From the NCBI RefSeq assembly GCF_009914755.1, contig NC_060929.1: DNA of 64,000 bases; one strand, given 5' to 3'. The number at the start of each line of letters is the position of its first letter. Within the stretch, counting starts at the first letter, position 1. The DNA is from the human T2T-CHM13v2.0 reference genome, Homo sapiens. This document shows positions 16,942 through 29,309 of the stretch, piece after piece. Position numbers and translations under genes: made by a program. The notes beneath the pieces were generated by a model. The model saw nothing but the letters and a program-made list of their open reading frames with translations, did no database searches and was not told the DNA's origin.

Positions 16942-18259
16942 CTAAAGAGACAACAAAATATAACACTGTGGCAGCATTAAAAAAAAAAAAAAAAAAGCAT
17001 CACTTCCCAAGCCTCTTACCCTATGCCTTCCCATCCTGGCTGATAGCTCAAAAGCCTGCATTTTAGAGTTTCTGGCCGAGTCACTGAATATTTATTTTAC
17101 TCACAAACCAGGCAGAGATGATGAACACAGCCAGGTGAGCCAGCATTCAATTCTCAGTGAATGTTACCAAGCCTATGGTTCACAGGCACTCATGGGATAT
17201 TGGAGTTGGAAGGAATTAGTTTACTTAGTTCAGTCATCTCAGTTTTCAGATGAGAAAATTGAGGCCCAGAGAAGTTAAATGACTTCCCTAAGGCCATAAA
17301 GCTAGTTAGTGACACTTTGACACTCATCTCTCTTATGAATATAGGTGCAAAGAAGTGGCTGAGGGTGGGACTCAGGTCCATGGTGCTCTCCTTCAGCCTC
17401 CCAGGCACACTAAATAAACATGTAATTTAATTTGAGAGAGGGTGCTTGAAATTCAAGACAAGCTTCCAGGCTCCACTCCCTTTTCCAACCCAATAGCTAC
17501 ACTTAAACGCCTCCCGCATACCCTTACTGTTACTTTTCAATGCTTTCCGTATATTTCAATCATTCCTAATTTCTACTCTGTGCTACTATTTTTCCTTCTC
17601 TTTTCCTTGGCTCTTTAGCTTGGTGTTATAGCTGGGGAATGTTTGATAGGTGGAAAGGATGAGAGAAAAACAAGGGATAATCTGAAAGATGAAACACCAG
17701 CCTCCTGATCTAAAGACCTAAGATATATGATGGTGTTCATATTATATTATAAACTTAATAAACAATGAAGCAAATTGTTTTTATTAATTTATTTTCCCAT
17801 TTCTAGAAAACTTTTCCTTTCTCAGCTTGGCATAGGTGCATTGTGTGGTATTCACTTTGGATTTGCATGGAAGGAATCACATTCATATAATTTTACAATG
17901 TCAGGGATATAGACTCATAAAAGAGGTGAGGAGGGAAACTGTGACAATGATCTCAGGCAAGGGGCTTGATTTGATTACTTTAATGCCCCAAACACTGAGC
18001 AACTCAAAGTCATCAGATTTTGGTAACTTAATTGGTGTAGGCACTGCCCCTTCTTCTCCCAACACATATACTTTTGTACAATTTTTGATCCCACTGAATT
18101 ATTTCAATGCCCACTGGTACAAAATAAATTCATATAAGCTAGTGGGAAGTGGGAGAAGGGACATAACCTTGGCCCATAATCCCAGGGACTGACACCAGAG
18201 CAGCATCCCCTTGAAAAGAAGGAAAGCCCTAACTGTGTGTCTGCACAGACAGCTCCCTA

Positions 18260-18469
<210 letters not shown>

Positions 18470-19605
18470 TTATCATTTGCTTGCTACAAAATGGGCACTT
18501 CAGTTCCAACCTGGAGACCCATCTTTCTTTTTCCTTGGGTCACTCTACTCTTTAGAAGAAGCCAATTCAGTGAAATGAGAAAACAAAGTTGAGAGTAAGG
18601 CCAAATGAACCCCCAGAGTGCTGCTCTTCTCCCGATTGTCCCAAATGGACATCACTTGAAAAGATGAATCACCTGTGCTCCTTCTCTTTGAACTATATGG
18701 CTTTGAAGAATTTTATCCCTAAATTTCTTTCATTTATAATAACATGCTCAACCCTTTCATCTATGGAAGCTCTATTTGATAGTCGATGTTTTCATCTCCC
18801 CCCAAATCCTGATTCTCCATTGCCACATTGAGCTCTCATTATATTGCCTGGTGCATAGTCATTCATGAATGTTTTAGAATTTTTCTTCTAAAGGAAAAAG
18901 CAGAACCTGGAATGCTCAGGAGACTGTGATTGCCTCAGGAATTGCAATGTGATTGCCTATTTTTAAGTATGAGTGATTTAGGGGGTAAGTGTCTGTGAGA
19001 GGAGATTCAGGGTTTTCCTTTTAAAATACATTTTCTGATAGTCAGAGTGTGGGACTGTACAGGAGATAAGTACAGGGTAGCAAGGGAACACAGATATAAG
19101 CACATTTCTAAGCATGTGAGACAGAGACAGTAAAAGAATGCCAGGTACCCGGTGAAAGGGTCAATAAGAAATCTATAAATAACCACAATCAAAAGTGTCA
19201 GTGAAGGAGCTGCCCTCTTGCTTTTGTGCCCTCCTCCCCATAAAGAGGTTGGGGGGTGGGGTGACAAGTATTTGCCAGGCTGGTATGAAGCTGAATCACA
19301 GGAGGCTGGAACTGTACACAGATTGTTGGCCAAAGTCAGAGAAGAAGGCCTCTATGTCAGTTGCAGGAACAATTTTAGACTGTAGTTGTTAAGAGTATGG
19401 ACTCTGGAGTCGTGAATTATAGTCCCACCACTAGCAGCCATGGATTTTGGCAAATTATTCTACTTTCCAATATCTCTGTTTTTCCATCTGTTAAATGGGC
19501 ATAATTACTATTTCTACAACACAGACAATCATGAGAACAAAATGAATTAATTCATATCAAACATTTTAGAATAGTGTTTGTCACACAGGAAATGCACAAG
19601 TGTTA

Positions 19606-20103
<498 letters not shown>

Positions 20104-20642
20104 TCAAAGTCTTAGCTTGTGTTTTTCAAGAGAAATAATCTTTTATAAAATTCTCAACAACAAATCCTTCTATTAGCCTATACTACTACCATACAGACGT
20201 AACATTAAACAGAAGAGAGGACACCCTGCAGGTAGACAGCAACACTTAACAATTTCTCCGCTCAAGGATTTGGTAACTATCTTAAAGGTAGAATGGTTTG
20301 CAAGTCTAGACATTTGCAATAGACTTTTCTTGTGTTCCTTCTTTTAACCTCTTTCAGAGATTCTCATCTGTGTCATATAAGAATTGTCATTCAGGGTTGT
20401 ATATGCCAAATTATGTTCACTATACTCTGTGAGTGCTTTAAAGGGTTCTGAAGAATAACTTTAACCAAATGAGATTTTTGCCACAAGTACTGTTTTTGGA
20501 AACCCTAACCTGCAAGATATTATTTTTCTGCATTTATCCCAAATAAACTTAAGAAGACAAAAAATACAACCTATTTTTTTCACAGCAGCTAAAGATATCT
20601 GTTTCCAACATCCTTACTCAGCAAAACAGAAGAGGCAGATCA

Positions 20643-20903
<261 letters not shown>

Positions 20904-23900
20904 CTACAAGGATTTTTATAGCAAGAAAATCAAAAGTCAAATATCTACCTCTGTATACTTCCTCTAACTATCTCCAGTACCCTTCCCATCAGAGTTCAGG
21001 CAGCTCTGCAATATTTTCATTTGACTACAGATTAAACTGGCACCTCAGTGAGAAGAAGGGATTGCCCACTGGGGAGATGAATATTTCCTCTATTACAGTA
21101 AAGTGCACCTTTAGGGGGAGGAGAAGCAGTCAGTGAAATGATAATTCCCTAAATTATTTACATTGTGGTTACAGTGGAAGCAAAAGTTCAGTCTGCTTTC
21201 ATCAGCAAATGGACCATAATACTCATTTTTATATTGAGGTTTCAGGGCTCCATGGCTGAAAATTTGTCTGCTTTTATGGATTGAGTCAACAAGCCAAGAG
21301 ACTGCTGTTATAATACTTTTATAGATTAATTTCTCTGTCTTTACATACAACAGGTAGAAATTGCAAATATTTTATAAAGTAAGAATGGTGCTGTATCCAT
21401 GCAAATTTGAAACTCCCTCCCCTGTGCTTCGACCTCTGCTTAAAAGTATTTAATATGAGACACAGATCCTGGGTGATGAATGAGCACTACTGACCACGCA
21501 CACTTACCATTAATTCAGTCTCATGTATTATGCAAAGAGATCTGACAATACGAAAATTACCTGCCCCATATTTACAGCATAATACTATTATACTTGAAGC
21601 CCTGAGAGAGTGAGGGGCTGCCTTGTAGTTATATTCATTATGAGATAATTCTATACTCTTATTTTTCTTGGCAATATGACTATTTCCTACCCCAAACACA
21701 TCTTTTCTGCTGTATGCATGATGACAATTCAGTGTGTGGTGGAATATTGTTAATGTGAGAGTACTCATGAATCAGCTCCAAAAATAAAAACCGAAAAATA
21801 ATTTGCAACTGAAGGATAAAACCATCCACTAAGACTGCCCTCAATTTTCAATTAAAAATATACTGCAAACCTATTAAAAATAATGGGAAGAACCTGAAAG
21901 CTAGAAATTAGTCACTATGATTTATTTTTAAAGTGCTTGTATTTTCAAGCTTAATTGTTTTGGCTTAAAATACCTCAATGCTTGGAATGCTGCCTATCAT
22001 CTGAGTTGATCTCTGGAAGCTGACTGCTAGGGAATAAGTACTAATCTTTGAGGTAGAGGGTCACTTACACTTGGAGATTTTATTAACAGACTTGTAAAGA
22101 TAGACTGTTGCTGCATTTCACAGGGCTGATTTGAAAGAATATTATCCTCCATCAAAAAAGAGCAATAAAATGAAAACCAAGAGCAATTTTTTGGAAATGG
22201 GATATAAGAGGAGGCACTCTGCCGTCTGATCAGATAAACATCCAATTGTAGAAAACAGTGTTATGATTAATGTCATTAACTCAGAATCATGTATTAATCT
22301 CTAGAAGAGCAGGCTGAATGGTATAGAGGAAAATTGGTAGTGTCTTTCTATTATGCATTATAGGTATCATGTACTTAATTATAAATAATACTTTTGATCT
22401 GGAAAGAGCATTGAAGATCATCTAATTCAACCTTCCAATGCAAGTTTCTATGGTTCCAGAATGTTTCCTAAAATAAAATTATTCTTGGGCTAATTTTTTA
22501 CAAAGTTATACCTGTGCTGGAGAATGAATTCTTAGCATTTTTTCATAATGTCTTGAGATTCCACCCCTCCCCCACCAAATCAGCTATCAAGGGGATGTAT
22601 AAAGAGTAGAATGGGCCATCTTCATTGTCATGAGATACTTTGAGTAAGAATAACAGTTAGGTATGCTCTATTCTGTCCAATTTTCTCCTATGAAAGTGAG
22701 AAGGCAGGTCAGTTTGAGTTCTATGTGCATTAATGGGCATGCAGTTTGGGCATGCATTTAGGCAAAGAAGGAAATCTCTCTTCTGCTTAGCCCGGGGACT
22801 AAGCCTAGCCAGAGTGCTAGAAGTTATTCTGCTTTTCAGAGCCCACACACGATGAGCCCTCTCCCTTGAAGTGAGTAAGGGAAGACCTCAGTGGACAAGA
22901 AACTTCTGTAATAAGGTCCAGGGCCTCTGATTTGGTCTCCCACATCAAGCAATAACTTGACAAAAAAGAGCTAGCAGTGGGTGTAGATGAGCTATACGGT
23001 CACTGTCCGTGGTCCTAATACAGCATTGTCAGGATGTTGTTGTTTCTTTTACATTCGAACACTGGTGACCCAGGCCATTCCCATTCCCTACCCTCATAAT
23101 TTGTCTTTTTCTTCTTCTTTTAAAAATTCTATCAGTTTCAGAATGAATAAAAGGGCAAATTATCTTACAGTCCTCATGAATTTCGTCTACTTTCAACAGT
23201 TCTATCACCTTTCTGTCACATACATATATATATATTTTCCCCCTGGGAAGTTGAAAGGATGTTTTTAATCCTCTCACCAAGAGGATCTCTCATTCTAATT
23301 CTCCAGGTTGTCCTAGGTAACAAAAATTATGTACACAGATATCAGGCGAATCAGGATAAATTTCTTCCAGTATGGCATTTCTTTGAGAAAAGGCAACACT
23401 GTATGAAAATTACAATACTCCCAACATAGTAAACATTTTCTAATATGTTTGTTGACCTTGAAAATAGACTTCAAAATCAATAGGTACATTAGCTATCTAT
23501 TCAAACTGCCTCTACCTTATTTACCTATATTTATTTCTGCTGTAACCTAATCATTGAACCAAGATACAAACTAGGATGAAAAGAGATCAGATGGTTTGGA
23601 TCCAACAATAGATTACTTATGGAAACATTTGCCTCATGAAGACATGGATTTACAGTTCTCTCATAAACACTAGCTCCTTATACAGCAAAACCAAATAGAA
23701 ATAATAGACTTTTTTTTCAGTTATACTGAAATGTTATTGAAAGTAAGGCCCATGTATTTCTTTGAGCCCACATTGGTATTAAAGTGTTTGGTACATAATA
23801 GGTACCTAATAAAAGGTTGTTGATTGACTGTATTGTCAAACATTTTTATTAGTGCTGCCCTCTCATTTTAAATATTCACTTTCATGCTCTTAGACTGAAT

Positions 23901-23978
23901 TTGTGAGTGTACATATAAAATTAACTTTAGATATATATGTAATTATATAATTAAACTGCGTATATATGTGTAAAATTA

Positions 23979-24290
<312 letters not shown>

Positions 24291-24418
24291 CTATAAAAGG
24301 AAAGAAATAAAATAAATATCCACGTTCCCAAACAAGTATATATGGACTAGTTTAAAACTCAGCTAACTTAGAGATAGGCAACTTTTATTAAGCCCATTCC
24401 TGGTATCTGAAATTAATA

Positions 24419-24738
24419 TTTTTTTTCTTTTTTTAAACTTTTAAGTTCAGCAGTACAAGTACAGGTTTGTTACATAGGTAAACTTGTGTCACGGGGTATT
24501 TTTGTACAGATTATTTCATCACCCAGGTATTAAGCCCAATACCCATTAGTTATTTTTTTCTGATCCCTTCTCTTCTCCCACCCTCCACCCTCCAAAAGGC
24601 CCCAGTATATGTTGTTCCCCTCTATGTATTTACGTGTTCTCATCATTTAGCTCTCACTTGTGAGTGAGAACATGCGGTATTCGGTTTTCTGTTCCTGTGT
24701 TAGTTTGCCAACAATAATGGCCTCCAGCTCCATCCACA
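24419..24738 (-). mobile_element. L1PA (older subfamily) 3' UTR fragment
   Basis: T-rich tail, then caggtttgttacataggtaaac...gtgagaacatgcggtattcggttttctgttcctgtgttagtttgc. Confidence 0.9.
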
Positions 24739-27055
24739 TTCTTCATGAAGAAGGCACTGATAGAGGTCTTAAGATGACCCTCAGAATATTATTGCTTGAG
24801 TTCACAGTATATTCATTAGCTCACAGTAGGAGGCTAGTGATGCTTCTATTTTACACACATTGGAGGAAATACATGTTTTTCATGTGTGACAATATCATAT
24901 TAAAATGCTCATTTAATCAAATATATCTGTTCAAAGAACAATTATTTGTGGTAAGCAGGCAAACACCTGGGATACTATCTATGGTCAGTGCCACTTTCCA
25001 CTAAAATAAATTATCGTTGTTATAAAATGTAGCCATTGAATTCATAGTGATAAATTGCTATTAGCCACTATTAGTGATCGTTTGATTTTCCACTAATTCA
25101 AGGCTTTCAGAAAAGAACATGCTACATTTAGGGCAGTTGTCCCACTTTAGAGGGTTTGTACTTCTCCGGGTATCTATTGACATCTTTGGTTCATTTAGGA
25201 CTATATTCATTATTCTTTTGAGCTAGTCTCCCTTTACTCAGTACTAAATTTGAGGCTACCAAATCCTCTAGGTAACCCTGCATTTTTAAAATTAAGAAAC
25301 AAACAGTTGACAACAGTATATTACAGAAGAAACGTGTTCTTTAAATTGGTGATTCTCATCGCCCAGAGAATTTTAAAATAGAGAAGCTTAGGCCCTGCTC
25401 CAAGCCTGAATCTCAGTGAATCTTCCTATAAGCTGTGGATGGAACTGGGGAGAGAAATCAGCAGCCGCAGAAAAAGATCACCAGTGCTTAGCTCTGTTTT
25501 CTCTGCTGTCAACTGGTTTTTCTTCTTGTCACTACCTTAATCCAAGCTTTATCCTGAGGCAATAAGGTACCCAATATAGTAATGCTAAATTAGTGTAATT
25601 TTAGTAATATTAAACAAAAAGAGAAATAAGCAGAACCAGGAACGTGCTATCAGCCTTCTACAAAGAATTATTATTCTAATAAAATAATTTTGTTAAGTTT
25701 GTTTTAAAACTTTTGTTAGTAATGCCATCTTAACTAAAAATGGTTAGAGGAAAGATAGTATTGTAAATCATATATAAATATAGATGGTTTTCCCCCACTA
25801 TTTGTTAATGCTTTTGTGACTATGCTATCCCTTACTCAAAGATCCTCCCAAGAATGATGATGTATTGTTTTTTACTATTAAGATTTATGTTTATTTATTT
25901 TGAAAAGCAGTTTTCACATTGAATGGTCTAGGTTTAGATGCATGCCTAGAGCTAACAGGTGGGAAAAAGAAGAGAGATTTAGTTTTTGCTGTCTTCCCCA
26001 GTCTCCTCCTACACGGTTACCAGTGCTATTTAGCCTTTCAGTAGCTGCTCAAGGAATACACAATTAAATCCCCAGTGTCCACCCCCATAGGTCATACATG
26101 ATTTGTATGATGTCCACAGTACCCACCAGCACAATTTCCTCTGCTACTCATACCCTCTTTGGGTCTCAAAAATTCCTAATAATTGCGTGCAATTCCCAGA
26201 CTTACTACTAAACTGTATTATGTCTCACTGTTTTCCCACAAGCTGTTTTCTATGCCTAGACTGTCTTCTCCGATCTCATTATGTGCTCCTGGCAACCTTT
26301 GACTTCTGTTCCCGGAGCAAATGTTTTCTCCTTTGGGCAGTTTTCATTCACCCCTCCCGAATTCCCTACTACTTTCATTCCTTCAACCAATGAATATTGA
26401 GACTTCAAGTACAACTTCTATGATTACACAAATTACAATCAGTTGCAATCATTTATCTCTAAGCTAGTCTCCTCTAGATTCTTGATTACTTGAGAGCGTT
26501 TCTTTCCCTCCTCTTATTCCTCAGCCCCTAACACGGAGCCTGGCACGAGGGCAAGGGCTGGCCAAAAGCAAAAGACTCATCTGCTGCTGGGACACCAGGA
26601 AGCCAATCTGCATTGATTTTCCTTTCGGGCATTTCAAAGACAATTTGGTTTATAAAGTTGAGAATGAAGCCTCTAGCAAGAGCAGGCGAATTCCCCAGAG
26701 GGTTCGGTCTACAGAATCGCCAACGCCCCCGCCGATTACTCATCCGTGACTCCAGCGGCGTCTCAACCACCACCTCCAGAAAAAACGCGCCAAAATGTTT
26801 TACAACTGCCTCCTCCCACGCTTCAATGCAGACCAACTTCCCAAGCAGGGGGCGAGGGCTTGATTCCGAGCCAAGGAAAGGAAAGCTCTAGACTAGAAGT
26901 CACACTCCCTAGGGTCCCCTCGGAATCGCTCAGCTATAAGCAGTCTCCCACTTAATGTCTTGACGCCCACCCACCTCCAACCAGCTACCTATCGACCAAG
27001 CCTTCACTTGGACAGGCAACAATAAGCTGAAATTCCCGGGAAAACGATTACGTAC

Positions 27056-27094
27056 TTGGCTGAAGAACAAGAAAGAAATAGATCCCTTCCCCAT
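27056..27094 (-). CDS. PCSK1: PCSK1 alternative first coding exon (MGKGSISFLFFSQ), in phase with exon 2
   Basis: ACT ATG G strong Kozak context; 13 codons; phase-0 donor CAA|gtacgt; TATAAA upstream on the minus strand at 27156-27161. Matches my recollection of the N-terminus of an annotated shorter isoform. Confidence 0.8.
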
Positions 27095-27727
27095 AGTCAG
27101 TTCGGCATCTCGACCCTGCAGTGGGACTGGCCGGGCAAAGTTATGAAGCTTGGACTTTATAAGTTCCCAGTGAAAAGCCGGAGCTCCCTAGAGAGTCGCG
27201 GGGATAGATGGTCCCGTGTCTTTCACCCACCATTTCTCCCCCCAGCTTCCCAGGCTACTCCGCGGCCTCCCAACCTCCTGGTCGCGAGTCCCAGCAGCTG
27301 GCACTCTTCCAATGCCCTGGGCGTGCCCTTACAGGCTGCCAGGGCGGACAGCCCCAAGCCTGCTTAGCCCCTTGCATCAGGACTTGGATCTGATGCTGCC
27401 ATATTGAAAAGAAGGCAACAGCCGGCTCCTGACGCAGACCGCCTCAGTCCCGGGGGATGGAGCGCACTGCTTCTCCCGGGGGCGCTTGGTTGGTAAGAGC
27501 TTGAGTGTATCTCAAGTTCCCTGAACAAGCGTGGAGGGATTTTTCTTCCAAACCGCGCGGGAACGGATTTCAATTCTAGAGCGGCCAACAGTAAGCATAA
27601 GCCCTACCCAGCTGCAGCGGCTTCCTTCTGCTTGGCTGCGCCCAGCCTAAACAGTAAATAATGCAAGCTTTCTCTCTCTCCAAGCGCGACAGGGGCGAGG
27701 GCTGGAGCAGCTCCTTGCTCTTTGCTA

Positions 27728-28221
<494 letters not shown>

Positions 28222-28262
28222 GGAGCCCCAGCCCTTCCCAGCCAGAATGGAAATGAGTGTTT

Positions 28263-28270
28263 ACACGTCA
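28263..28270 (-). promoter_or_regulatory. Second CRE-like site (TGACGTGT)
   Basis: Contains the TGACG half-site; 20 bp from the perfect CRE. Confidence 0.75.
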
Positions 28271-28290
28271 AATCGACGAAAGCCATCTCT

Positions 28291-28298
28291 TGACGTCA
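28291..28298. promoter_or_regulatory. Perfect palindromic CRE (TGACGTCA) in the PCSK1 proximal promoter
   Basis: Exact match 276-283 bp upstream of the ATG; PCSK1 is known to be cAMP/CREB regulated. Confidence 0.9.
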
Positions 28299-28335
28299 GA
28301 TCTACCTGGACTAAGATCCGAATGGTATTCCCGGC

Positions 28336-28344
28336 GGGGCGGAG
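28336..28344 (+). promoter_or_regulatory. GC box (Sp/KLF) GGGGCGGAG
   Basis: Motif match in an apparently TATA-less promoter. Confidence 0.55.
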
Positions 28345-29283
28345 AAGCGGCTAAAATAAGCAGCCAGGGATTAGGAAAAGGAAGGAACTGTTTGCTGGGA
28401 TCAGTTAAGTCTGCTCCTTGTCTGCCCATAAATTCTGTACCGTGAGAAACATTTTCACTTTTCAAAGAGAAGTGCCCCACTTGAACATAACTACCAAGAA
28501 TCAAAGGCTGGGAGTGCTTTCCCTCCCTTCCATCCATTTTCTCTGTATTTACTTTATTATCTCATGTGTGTGGCGGGGAGGGGGGGAGGCTATAGGATTC
28601 TTATAATGGCCCTTTGGGCATCAGCACCTGCTATGAAGAACAAGGCTCTTAGGTCTTTCAAAGAGAGAGGCTAGGAGAGTAAGGAGAAGAAGGGAAGCTA
28701 CTACTGTCCCAATTCTGTTCTAAATTGTCTGAGAAAATTAGCATGTCTATGTTAAAGCAATACTATTAAAAATGAATTTTTAACCATTCAAGCCACCTTA
28801 GTTTACAAGTTTACTTCCCTCCTCCCCTTTGTTTCTCAACCTCAGTAAAACAATATCAGTAGTTATACTCCGATATTGCAAAGCCAGCGCCACCACCACC
28901 TTTTAGGGTGTTTATCAGTAAAATGATTAATCATGTGATTTTAAAAAAACATATTTTTAAGAATTCGTCAACAAGGGGATCTAGGATCCCAAAAGCTGTT
29001 GTGTTGATTCAGGGAGGGAAAGAGCAGTTTTTATTTACCTCGACTTTCCATTGTGCCTCAGTAGAGCTCTTCACTTTGGTGCTGAGCTGGAGCTGTGCCA
29101 TTACTTTCCCATAAAATGCACAATGCCTCTTTGTGGAAAAATGGTTTCCTGTGGGAGGAGAGCAAGGAAACATCTAAATGAATTCTCCACCCCTCACCCT
29201 AGGGAAGTGAGTTCAGTCTCCCATGGTGGAGCCTATTCGAACCCTGAGGGATTGAACCTGGCGGGAGATACCAGTGCCTAGTA

Positions 29284-29309
29284 TTCAGCACCGAGGTCTG
29301 GACAGCGAC
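29284..29309 (+). promoter_or_regulatory. Non-canonical (gapped) RE1/NRSE REST site
   Basis: TTCAGCACC-gaggtct-GGACAGCGAC versus canonical TTCAGCACC-nn-GGACAGCGCC; spacer of 7 instead of 2. Confidence 0.7.

Noticed and set aside
26842-26855. CTCF-like motifs (caagcagggggcga; also near 27472 and 29446)
   Set aside because: Two or three core mismatches each in GC-rich DNA; not supportable without ChIP data.
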